Of a stretch of DNA of 64,000 nucleotides, positions 27,001 through 36,051 are shown piece by piece. Made by a program: the position numbers and the translations under genes. The DNA is from Eledone cirrhosa. Taxonomy: Eukaryota. Location of the stretch: the NCBI GenBank assembly GCA_964016885.1, contig OZ024762.1, positions 10,788,001 to 10,852,000 of the forward strand. The letters are read 5' to 3'. The notes below the pieces were generated by a model that worked only from the letters and a program-made list of their open reading frames with translations, was not told where the DNA came from and made no database searches. The stretch's first letter is position 1. Each line of letters opens with the position of its first letter.

Positions 27001-29561
27001 CTGGCCTTGTGCCTAAAGTAGAAACAATTATATATATATATATATATATAGTGACGAAACATAAGTCAATTGCATGAACTCATAATCCTTTATTTACTGC
27101 TATATATATTTCAATGATAGCCATTGAATGGCTATGACCTCATCAAGCAGTTAGTCAGTTCTTAGATATGCCAGCTCTGTGTTTATGGTGTTGATGGTAT
27201 CAGAGCCTTGGGACATATATATATATATATACACAGATATACACAGGGTGTGGTAAAAATACCTCCCACATTTTAAAGGTTGGCCATGTAAAATATGGGA
27301 GGTTGTTCTGTCATACTCTGTATGTGTATGTTTATATGTGTGTGTGTGTGTGTGTTTATATGTGTGTGTGTGTGTGTTTATATATGTGTGTGTGTATGTA
27401 TATATATGTGTTTATGTATATATATATATATGTGTATGTGTGTGTATATATATATATGTATGTCTATATATATATGTGTGTATGTATGGATGTGTATATA
27501 TATGTATAATAGAAAGAGAGAGATAAAGAGATAAAAAGGAGAGGGGAGAGAGAAGGAGAGGGATGAGAGAGAAAGAGAGAGAGAGAGAGGCAATGTAAGA
27601 AAGTCAAGTGATATTTAGTAAAATAATACGTGTATCTATGTGATTTGATAAAGTGAAGTGTGTGTGTGAAGTGTGTGTGGTGTGGTGTGGTGTGGTGTGG
27701 TGGTGTGGTGTGGTGGTGTGGTGAGGTGGTGTGGTGTGGTGTGGTGGTGTGGTGTAGTGGTGTGGTGTAGTGGTGTGGTATTTAGGTGTAGAGTTGTGTG
27801 TGGTGTGTGTGTGAGTGTGTACTATATATACACTTGTGTGACATATGGTGGGTATGTACTATCATATTTATATATACACTGGAGTGGTGTGCTTCAATAT
27901 ATACACTGGAGTGCTGTATGTCTATACTATATATACACTGGTGTGGTGTATGTGTATGTGTGTAATGTATATACACTAGTGTGGTGTGTGTATACTATAT
28001 ATACACTAGTGTGCTGTATGTCTGCACTATATATACACTGGAGAGGTGTGTGTATACTATATATACACTAGTGTGGTGTGTGTATACTATATATACACTA
28101 GTGTGGTGTGTGTATACTATATATACACTGGAGTGCTGTATGTGTATACTATATATACACCCGAGTGCTGTATGTCTCTGTGTGTACTATATATACATTA
28201 TCAGAATTTCCTTCTGATAGTTTTTCAGGTAAACCAACACACTCACAGCATTACTATGAGTGATGGCGTGACTGAGACAATGGAATAAGTTTCAAATATC
28301 AGTCTTTTTGTAGGCAGCTCCCATTGTTTGAACCTTCTCTGAGGACATGCATAGAAATTATTATCAGACAGTATGAGATAATGAACTATATGATACAGAT
28401 CTTATAGGCCACTTCCAGATCTTATAGGACACTTACAGATCTTATAGGCCACTTACAGATCTTATAGGCCACTTACAGATCTTATAGGCCACGTACATAA
28501 TGTCTTGAAACACATGTAAGATTCACCAATATTTAATAAATGAATTATTGAGCATCAACAAATGTGCCTTAACCCTTTAGCATTTAAACCGACCACATCT
28601 GGCCAGAATTCTCTCACCTCTTTCTGTTCAAACCGGCCATAATTGGCTACTCATACTTATATTAAGGAATTGTTTTCAAAATAAATAATATCAAAATCTC
28701 ATATTACATGAGATATTATGTGAGGTAAAGCCTTTACTGTGACAATACAATAGTATATATAGAGTAATGTAAATGTTATGTGAGATATTATGTGAGGTAA
28801 AGCCTTTACTGTGAAAATACAATAGTATATATAGAGTAATGTAAATGTTATGTGAGATATTATGTGAGGTAAAGCCATTACTGTGACAATACAATAGTAT
28901 ATATAGAGTAATGTAAATGTTATGTGAGATATTATGTGAGGTAAAGCCATTACTGTGACAATACAATAGTATATATAGAGTAATGTAAATGTTATGTGAG
29001 ATATTATGTGAGGTAAAGCCATTACTGTGACAATACAATAGTATATATAGAGTAATGTAAATGTTATGTGAGATATTATGTGAGGTAAAGCCATTACTGT
29101 GACAATACAATAGTATATATAGAGTAATGTAAATGTTATGTGAGATATTATGTGAGGTAAAGCCTTTACTGTGAAAATACAATAGTATATATAGAGTAAT
29201 GTGAATGCTAATGGATTAATGTTCTTTTGTCTATTAACCGCTTTCATTCTCACACTCGATAAAAGTACCAGTCAAATACTGGGGTAGAATCTTCCTCTAT
29301 ATCTCTTTCTCCCTATCACTCTCTTTTTCTCTGGAAGTAATCAGCTGTGTCCACACCTGGAAAAGAAATGGGTACCACCAGATTTAAAAAATTGCCCGTG
29401 ACACCCTGCATGTAACTATGGTGCCTCTATGACTCCACCTGGAGTTACAGGTTTATATATACCTTCATAGGTAATCTTTCATTTCAACATCACTGACATC
29501 TGTGTGTATATATATACACACACACACACATACATATTTACATGCAAACACACACACACGC

Positions 29562-29603
<42 letters not shown>

Positions 29604-29735
29604 CTATACGAGCGAGATATGGTCACCCGACCAATCTTGCCTGAAGTGGGACAATTCCCATCTAACCCATGCTAGCGTGGAAGATAGACGTTAAACGATG
29701 ATGATGATATATATATATCTGATTCAACTCGGAAT

Positions 29736-29780
<45 letters not shown>

Positions 29781-30174
29781 ATATATATATATAATTATCT
29801 AATAAACAACATAAGACAATTATTCCATTTACCAAAGGTTTCACGAAGACAGACAAGTTCAATAAAGATGTCTGAAGTTGCTCATCAGAATGAAAATTTA
29901 ATATGTATATGTATATATATATATATATATATGTATATAGAAAGATTTGAATGGATACAGTTTAGTTGAAAGGAATTTATTGACACGTGTTTCTATAACA
30001 GTTACATAACCTGAAAACAGCTGCTATCTACAAAGTATTATGCAGACAATCAATATTTCAATGTTATTATTTACTGTCATTTCATCAGAATAATATTACT
30101 GAGGACCTGTTTGGTTTTTATAGAGAATATTAGGAGAGAGGGGTAATATTTATATTACAACACAACGGAAAATA

Positions 30175-30227
<53 letters not shown>

Positions 30228-30814
30228 CATATATACATGTGTGTGTTTGTGTGTATTATCAATGGATTATTGACAGGTGTGAGAAAGAGTACTCAATACA
30301 AAGGTAGAATTTAAATATTCATTTATTATGGCTAAGTGGTGAACCTTGTTACTCTGGAGTTTCACCTGTTCACTAAGAGGATCATCAAACAAGACTCCTG
30401 TCTGATGTTCCTTTGAGTACACAGATGAAACTCCAAACTAATAACACTCACCGCTTAGCAGACCTGTCAACTCTCCCCGTCCGCCAGGGAGATCTCCAAC
30501 CCACTTTCTTGATGATTTCTTTTGAACGAAACAGTTCTAGTCGTGTAGAAACCTTTTCTGTATTAAATATTGTATATATAATATAACTGTGTAAAAATTG
30601 CCTCCTGTGTTTTGTTTGTTCATTTATCAACTATATATATATATATATAGATATGTGCCAAGGCTCTGATACAATCAACACCATAAACACAGAGCTGGCA
30701 TGTCTAAGAACTGAATAACTGCCTGATGAGGTCATAGCCACTCAATGGCTATCATCAAAATATATATAGCAGTAAATAAAGGATTATGAGTTCAAGCAAT
30801 TGACTTATGTTTCG

Positions 30815-30861
<47 letters not shown>

Positions 30862-32136
30862 ATTTAACACTTCACTGCTCGCAAGTGTTTTTTAAGCTTC
30901 ATATCATGTCTCCCTATTTTATCTGATGAGAACGCAAATATCATCCCATGATGATATTTGTTTTTGAAATGCGCATAATAAAATACATGGAACTCTTTTA
31001 ACCATCTTTTGATCTTATACTATATATATATATATATATATATATTCCTAACGATCGACTTTCATCAAATGGGACAGAGAAAACAATGTTTCCGTTGGTC
31101 TTTCCACTTGCTAATACTATCTATCGGTCGCAACTCCAGGTAGAAGGAGCAACGTGAAATAAAGTGTCTTGCTCAAGGACATAATGCATCACCTGGTCCA
31201 GGAATCGAACTCACAACCTTACGATTGCGAATCCAATTCCTTAACCACTCAGCCACACGCCTTCACTATATATATATATAATAAGGAGTTCACACGCCTT
31301 CATTATATATATATAATAAGGAGTTGACGGACCCAGCATATTTATCAATGTCAGGACCAGTTGTATCTCAGCGTACTCAATAGGTAATGTAGGATACATT
31401 CCCAGAGTATACACATAGTTATTCGCTTCAATACAACACACATAAACGGGTGCCTATAATAGTTCGATTCGTTTGCAATTATGCAAACAAGCCTCATTTT
31501 ATATATATATGGAGGCACATGGCTTAGTGGTTAGAGCATTGGCCTTGCAATCGAAAGGTTGTGAGTTCAATTCTCAGACCGGGTGATGTCTTGTCTCCTT
31601 GAGCAAGACACTTTATTTCACATTGCTCCAGTTTACTCAGCTGTAGAAATGAGATGATAGAGACTGGGGTCCCTATCATTCCACTGCAAAGTGGTCGTGG
31701 AGGTGCCACGGCAAAAAAGCACCCAGCACTCACTGTAAATGAGGTTGGTGTTAGGAAGGGCATCCAGCTGTAGAAATCAAGCCAGAATCAGTTCCCGTCC
31801 CACCCTCGCAAGCAGGGAAAAAGCGGACGTAAAATGAAATGATGATGATGATGAATGATGATATATATAAAATGAGGCTTGTTTGCATAATTGCATATAT
31901 ATATATATTATTATTATTATTATTATTATTTCAAATCCCGTCGATGAGTTCAAATCCCGTTGAGGTTAACTTTGCCTTTCTTCCTTACGGGGTCGATAAA
32001 ATAAAGTACCAGTAATGCACTGGTTAATTGCTGGCCTGGTGTCAAAAGTAGAAACAATTAGTAGCGGTTGCATCTCAGCATACTCAATCGGTAATGTTAA
32101 GTAAATTCTCAGAGCAGACACACACACGTGTATATA

Positions 32137-32225
<89 letters not shown>

Positions 32226-33181
32226 TCATTTGTATTAAGGCTAAATAGTGACTCTTGTTACTCTGGAGTTTCGTCTGTTTATCACAGGGTCATTAGATAT
32301 GAACATTACGTGTCTGTTGACACTCATAAACAGACGAAACTCCAGAGTAACATGACTCTATTTAGCCGTGATATAAATGGATATTAACACTCTACTTCGG
32401 TATTGAGTACACGGAAATATATATATATATCCAATGTGTTTAAAATGCTGCAATACTTAAAACTGAACGAGCACTCAATACTTGAGGGCAGAGAGTAAAT
32501 TTTATGTACAAAATATAAAAATAAGACAATAACAGTTTAGTGACCCCACCTGACTTTATTTCTTCATAACTTTCTTAATAATGTAAATTTAGTTAAGATA
32601 TATTTTCGAAAGTGTAAATTACGATTTTGTTGATAAAGATTTTAAAAGGTTGTCGTTTCCACTCACAGAAATTACCAAAAGTTGTCAGTGTTGCTAAATC
32701 GAAGGATTACCTATGAAAGTATATATAAACCTTCAACTCCAGGTGGAAACGTAGGAGCGACATAGTGACATACGTGGGTGTTTTTTAAACCTGTTGTTAC
32801 CCATTTCTTGTCAAGGTGCGAGCCCATCCAGGGTAGATAGAGAGAGAGAGAGAAGGAGACAGGAAAATATATAGAGGAAGTATCGACCCCAGTACTTGAC
32901 TCGTACTTTTTTTTATCGACATCGAAAGTCTGAATGTCAAAGTTAACCTCGGCGGGATTTTAACTCGAGGGCAGAAAGGCGGAACAAATACCGCAAAGCA
33001 TTCTATCCGACTCTGCCAATTCGTTACCTTTACCTATAAATATATAGTATATATATCTATATATGTGAATATAAAGTCCCTTACCAATTGCTCCACCAAA
33101 TGTCTTCACTCGGAAATCTTCCAAGGTTTTCGGATAAGCGTCAAACTGCCGTAACCGGGTGATAATATTTGTGTTTTCCAT
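4502..33181 (-). CDS. ERGIC3: ER-Golgi intermediate compartment protein 3 (Erv46 family), 3'-incomplete; 10 coding exons in window (841 nt, about 280 aa)
   Basis: Exons 33181-33085, 22004-21846, 18893-18774, 18539-18525, 16159-16131, 15013-14943, 7711-7549, 6408-6351, 5760-5729 and 4598-4502 splice in frame with GT-AG. Motifs [93 protein letters not shown]. The C-terminal exons were not found in the window. Confidence 0.95.
5729..5760 (-). CDS. ERGIC3: ERGIC3 32-nt coding exon
   Basis: (V)[10 protein letters not shown]; tttcag / gtcagt. Confidence 0.9.
5880..6285. repeat. 26-bp minisatellite
   Basis: Unit ACACCTATCTCACTGTGTGTGGGATA. Confidence 0.9.
6351..6408 (-). CDS. ERGIC3: ERGIC3 coding exon
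   Basis: [19 protein letters not shown]+G; tttcag / gtaagt. Confidence 0.95.
6468..6682 (-). mobile_element. tRNA/CORE-SINE, third subfamily (other copies 19263-19475 +, 31050-31265 -)
   Basis: Head GTGGTTAG..GTTCGATTCC, CORE CCTTGAGCAAGACACTTTA, distinct tail GGAAAGACCAATGGAAAC. Confidence 0.8.
7549..7711 (-). CDS. ERGIC3: ERGIC3 coding exon
   Basis: (S)[54 protein letters not shown]; cttcag / gtgagt. Confidence 0.95.
8050..8360 (+). mobile_element. RTE-clade LINE 3' end remnant
   Basis: Degenerate [34 protein letters not shown]; ends GGACGTTAAAATGATGATGAT. Confidence 0.7.
9075..10630. repeat. About 26-bp compound microsatellite-derived array
   Basis: TACATCTGTACATATATATACACACA repeats. 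Confidence 0.95.
10646..11655 (-). mobile_element. CR1-like tail element carrying about 11 x 61-bp tandem array (10824-11495)
   Basis: Homologous to 36340-36755; unit CATGGAGGTTTTAAAGGATGCAGTGTCTCGACAGCTAACAACTGATGCAGGTAGTTTGTTC. Confidence 0.85.
11660..14566. repeat. (CA)n-CCTATCT compound satellite followed by (CAC/CAT)n tract
   Basis: Direct inspection. Confidence 0.95.
14567..14950. repeat. About 85-90-bp tandem repeat, 4 copies, each containing the ERGIC3 donor sequence
   Basis: GTTATGCTCACCTGTCAGGT repeated at about 14592, 14682, 14765, 14854 and 14932 (real donor). Confidence 0.9.
14943..15013 (-). CDS. ERGIC3: ERGIC3 coding exon
   Basis: [23 protein letters not shown]+AG; donor gtgagc; the exact acceptor is slightly uncertain (several in-frame AGs). 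Confidence 0.88.
15334..15683 (+). mobile_element. Full-length tRNA/CORE-SINE with RTE-like 3' tail and (GAT)n end
   Basis: A/B boxes, CORE domain, tail CCCGTCCCA..TGCAAGCAGGG..GGACGTAAAATG; near-identical copies at 31510-31860 and 7761-7997 (5' truncated). Confidence 0.88.
16131..16159 (-). CDS. ERGIC3: ERGIC3 29-nt exon
   Basis: (tc)n-tgtgtctccag|..|gtaaga; (V)IGTKANTTQ; converts phase 1 to phase 0 as the next exon requires. Confidence 0.75.
17080..17865. repeat. 51-bp and shorter AT-rich degenerate tandem repeats
   Basis: ATAATACC-based units. Confidence 0.8.
18525..18539 (-). CDS. ERGIC3: ERGIC3 putative 15-nt microexon
   Basis: ttttttacatag|AACGCCCTGATAAAG|gtgaga; phase 1-1, adds (E)RPDK; frame-neutral, so possibly alternatively spliced. 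Confidence 0.6.
18774..18893 (-). CDS. ERGIC3: ERGIC3 coding exon 3
   Basis: (L)[39 protein letters not shown]+G; tttcag acceptor, gtgaga donor. Confidence 0.93.
19535..21690. repeat. 71-bp minisatellite, about 30 copies
   Basis: Unit ATATTTTACAGAAGTTATACAATGGTGGAAATATTTTGTTATCTGTTATATATAAATATATTATGTCAACT. Confidence 0.95.
21846..22004 (-). CDS. ERGIC3: ERGIC3 coding exon 2
   Basis: (V)[52 protein letters not shown]+C; ttttag acceptor, gttagt donor. Confidence 0.93.
22047..23592. mobile_element. piggyBac-like MITE (TTAA ends, CCCTTT.GCATT TIRs)
   Basis: TTAA-CCCTTTGGCATTTA..TAAATGCAAAAGGG-TTAA; relatives at 28570-29219 and a half copy at about 5020-5110. Confidence 0.7.
22190..23505 (-). 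mobile_element. CR1-like tail element carrying about 18 x 61-bp array, nested in a TTAA MITE
   Basis: Same 61-bp unit at 22379-23478. Confidence 0.85.
23650..23952 (+). mobile_element. RTE-clade LINE ORF C-terminal fragment
   Basis: [46 protein letters not shown]. Confidence 0.8.
24161..24310. mobile_element. Palindromic mini-element (hammerhead 3' half: GAAA-stem III-GTC-GGGGTC), related copy at 589-690
   Basis: Inverted arms of about 54 bp around an 8-nt loop; preceded by AGAGTACTCAATAC. Confidence 0.55.
24757..24875. mobile_element. Palindromic mini-element made of two inverted degenerate hammerhead motifs
   Basis: Arms TTTAATATAGAAATGGCTTCTACAGGACTAGAACTGTTTCATTCA and its reverse complement; each arm reads TTTC-CTGAT(G/A)A..GAAACAG-ttctagtc-CTGTA-GAA; a third copy lies at 30505-30551. 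Confidence 0.65.
24890..25870. repeat. 48-bp minisatellite, about 20 copies
   Basis: Unit TAAAGTGGTCATGTAGGTGTCACAATAAAATGCACCCAGTCCACACTG, running into a SINE-type tail to about 26050. Confidence 0.95.
26353..26712 (+). mobile_element. Non-LTR retrotransposon (RTE-group) 3' fragment
   Basis: [45 protein letters not shown]; second copy 39515-40180 with internal duplications. Confidence 0.8.
26845..27030 (+). mobile_element. Meta-domain tRNA SINE (representative copy; about 25 copies or fragments, e.g. 3822, 4198, 7048, 19058, 31945, 38028, 38718, 43095, 47549, 52898, 53857, 58968, 59800, 61575, 63205)
   Basis: TGGCAGTATCGG..GAGTTCAAATCC boxes, then GCCTTTCATCCTTACGGGGTCGATAAAATAAAGTACC resembling the Meta domain, and tail TGCTGGCCTTGTGCC..TAGAAAC. 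Confidence 0.85.
27096..27151 (-). ncRNA. Degenerate hammerhead motif (C3U), paralog of 30718-30773
   Basis: Minus strand ACTGC-TTGATGA-ggtcATAGCCAttcaaTGGCTATcatt-GAAA-tatatata-GCAGT-aAATAAA. Confidence 0.6.
28570..29219. mobile_element. piggyBac-like MITE with internal 7 x 72-bp tandem array (28709-29212)
   Basis: TTAACCCTTTAGCATT..AATGCTAATGGATTAA; unit TGAGATATTATGTGAGGTAAAGCC..GTAAATGTTATG. Confidence 0.7.
29823..29895 (-). ncRNA. Type I hammerhead ribozyme motif, intact core
   Basis: Minus strand TTTCATT-CTGATGA-GC..AGACA..TGTCT..GT-GAA-ACC-ttt-GGT-A-AATGGAA: 7-bp stem I, stem III ACC/GGT, GUA triplet. Confidence 0.75.
29977..30093 (-). ncRNA. Hammerhead-like motif with long stem II
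   Basis: Minus strand TTATT-CTGATGA-a-ATGACAGT..(about 70 nt)..ACTGTTAT-a-GAA-ACACGTGT-C-AATAA; GUC triplet; A-A at base of stem II. Confidence 0.65.
30718..30773 (+). ncRNA. Degenerate hammerhead motif (G12A)
   Basis: ACTGC-CTGATGA-ggtcATAGCCActcaaTGGCTATcatc-AAAA-tatatata-GCAGT, then AATAAA. Confidence 0.6.
30915..30985 (+). ncRNA. Type I hammerhead ribozyme motif, intact core
   Basis: TATTTTAT-CTGATGA-[gaacg-CAAATATCATC-ccat-GATGATATTTG-ttttt]-GAA-ATGCGCAT-A-ATAAAATA: 8-bp stem I, long stem II, palindromic stem III, AUA triplet. Confidence 0.8.
31510..31860 (+). mobile_element. Full-length tRNA/CORE-SINE with RTE-like tail
   Basis: Near-identical to 15334-15683. Confidence 0.88.
32239..32410. 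mobile_element. Palindromic mini-element with hammerhead 3' halves (GAAACTCCAGAGTAACA), related to 30286-30445
   Basis: Inverted arms of about 45 bp; followed by terminal motif GTATTGAGTAC. Confidence 0.55.
33085..33181 (-). CDS. ERGIC3: ERGIC3 coding exon 1
   Basis: [32 protein letters not shown]+G; donor gtaagg. Confidence 0.93.
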
Positions 33182-33941
33182 TGGAGTTTGTAAGTATTAT
33201 ATATACATATGTATATATATATATTGTATATTGAGATAAATATATATATATAGAGAGAGAGAGGGTTTGGAGTATTTCTAGTATTTAATTATTGAAAAAA
33301 AAATAACAGATGTTCAATTAAATAGATTACTTCATTGTATTACAGAGCTTCAACGTATGTAGGTATAAAATATACATGCTAAGTGCCCCGTCTCTCTTAT
33401 ATATACAGACATATATATAAATATATATACAGACAGAAGTTGACAATATCTATCGGGGTTTGTTTTTTCCGCCGTTGATATTATTTAAAAAAAAGAAAGA
33501 CTATAATAGGATAAACAACCGGCTTAACGGAAGAAAAAAAATAAATATCGCAGCTAGACTGGTTAGGGTTTTAGAGAATGAGAGAGAAAATTATAGGAAA
33601 CGGTGTAGCATGAAAATAATATCCCCTGTGTAAATTCATACAAAAAGGTTTTAATACTGAATGTTAATCAACTTTTATATAGATTATTTGGAGGAGGAAA
33701 AGAGTAAACACGTACGTCACAGATTTGTAAAAATTAACTTAGGAAAATTAACAAAAAAAGACAAAACAACGAACAAAACGAAAACAATTTTTAAGGGGAT
33801 ATCTTAAAAATTTGTTTATATTTGGGGAGGTTCTATATTTTTCTGGCAATATTAGGACAGCTTGACACTCCCAAAATATAATAATATATGTTCCGACACA
33901 CGATTTCATATCAAAATCCTTGCAAAACAAATACATCGACG

Positions 33942-34130
33942 CCTTAAAAAATTATTTTTTGAAAGTAGAAATACAAACGAAAGACACGGAACTCCAGATT
34001 CTTCAGTCATTAAGATGAACTTTGGCAGTTTCAAGCCCTACCAAACGGTAAGTCCATCTCAACGGCTGAAGACTCTGGAGTTATGTGTCTTTCGTTTGTA
34101 TTTTTATTATCAAAAAATAATTTTTTAAGG
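33942..34130. mobile_element. About 190-bp hairpin / MITE-like element
   Basis: Imperfect inverted arms of about 80 bp, CCTTAAAAAATTATTTTTTGA.. / ..TCAAAAAATAATTTTTTAAGG. Confidence 0.6.
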
Positions 34131-35006
34131 TTTCCCCCCTTCAAAACCTTAAAAAATAATTTTTTTAAGGTTACTCCTTCAAAAAAGTTTTTCGTTTTGC
34201 TTTGTTTTCGTTCTTTCTGTTGCCCTCTGTTGGTTTTCATAACTTTTATATACCTACATAGAAAAACATCAAGTAATCTGGTGATTTCTGTAAGTACATA
34301 AATATAACTTTTTTTTTTTTTCACTTTATCAACTTAATCGTAATGTACGCCATGGAAAAGGTATCTACAAAATAAATATTGGTTTCTGATTTAGACACAA
34401 GACCAGCAATTTTGGGGGGAGGGGGAGTCGATTAAATCAACCCTAGTGCATTACTAGGATTTGAGCTCAGATCGTAAAGTGCCGTAATTTTGTGCCATAA
34501 AGCATGCTGCTCGACGCTCCACCGATTATCAAGGAAGTTATGAGGGAACAAAATCGGTAAGAGGAGTTCGTTATGTTGATAAAATGTTAAACAAATTGTA
34601 ATTTTCATTCACGGAAATTACTGGAAGTTGTCTGTGACCTTAAAACATAGGAATAAACATTATATCTATAATCTATAATGAATATGATTTATAAAAGTGA
34701 CAAATTAATAAAGATTGAAAGTTGTTGTTTGTTTTGTTGTTTTTTTATATAAGACTCAATTACACGCTACTACAGGTTCCCCTCTCTTTTTGAGGCACGA
34801 CAAGATACTGAATGTATCGCCAAGAATGATAGCGTCGCTGAGGCCCTGGTAATAGCGAAGCGCCCTCATTAAGAGCATCAACTGATATTTCAGTAAAGCC
34901 TGCCACTAACAATGACAAAAACCTCGTAATTATCGGTACAACCCCTCGAATTCCACAGGCTGAACAGAAACTAAATCCTGAATTACTTGAAAATCGGTGG
35001 CTGATG

Positions 35007-35089
<83 letters not shown>

Positions 35090-35592
35090 GTCAACCCATT
35101 CACACACGTCATCACATTTACATATCACATTCTGATATATATCTACACACACATCATACACACTATATAGAAAGACAGGCACACACACCACTCTCGGATT
35201 ACATCAATAGACCATATACAAATATACGCACACTCTCACAAATATACACACACTCTCACAAATATACACCCAGCTATATATATATATATATATATACATA
35301 CACATATATTACACACACACATGGCAACACATCACACTCAAATATACACATACACACACGTGTCAATACACCATACTCACACACACACACTTGAACACAC
35401 CACACTCAGATATACCCTCACGTCATACACACACACACACGTTTATAAACTCAAGTAATTTATGGTCGAAGGGAAGTAATTTGTAATGAAATCAAAAGCT
35501 TGTGTTGCAGAATGCTATATCAGGTTTATATGATCAAAGATGTTCCAAACATGACCATCCCATCAGTTATTCAGACATAGTGTATCTAGGCC

Positions 35593-35759
35593 CAGTGCCG
35601 GATTTCGGACAAATGAAGCCCTGTGCTAGTTAAATTATGAGGCTCCTTACTTGGGCCCTGAAGGAGGTAAAAAAATATTTGGGGCAGGAAGATGGGCCCC
35701 ACTGGATAATTGGACCCTGTGCATAAGTACACCTTAGGTCAATGGTAAATCTGGCACTG
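35593..35759. mobile_element. hAT-like MITE
   Basis: TIRs CAGTGCCGGATTT / AAATCTGGCACTG; 8-bp TSD TCTAGGCC / TCTAGGGC; second copy at about 38334-38533. Confidence 0.75.
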
Positions 35760-36051
35760 TCTAGGGCAGAGATCCTTAAAGTGGGCGCCGTCCGTCTGTC
35801 TTCCAGACGGACGGACGGATGGTGATGATGGTGGTGGTGAAGATGATGATGAATTTAATTCCAAATATTTAAACTTTTGTTTTTTCACCTGCACGCAGTA
35901 CACCCTGTGAAGTGTTAGTCTTGGAGCCGCCCCCCCCCCCCCCCCCCCGTGATAAAATGCACCTGGTCCACTCTTGTAAAGTGGTAGAGTTTTGTCACAA
36001 AACAAATCACACACAGCACTCTTTGTAAAGTGGTTGGCATTGGGAGACGAG

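Noticed and set aside
29335-32825. Inverted pair of similar segments of about 130 bp (29345-29480 and 32700-32825)
   Set aside because: Probably an ordinary unclassified dispersed repeat; too diverged to assign.
34760-35010. Unique, coding-looking stretch in the intergenic region
   Set aside because: No recognisable protein motif or splice context; frames are interrupted. Needs BLASTx.
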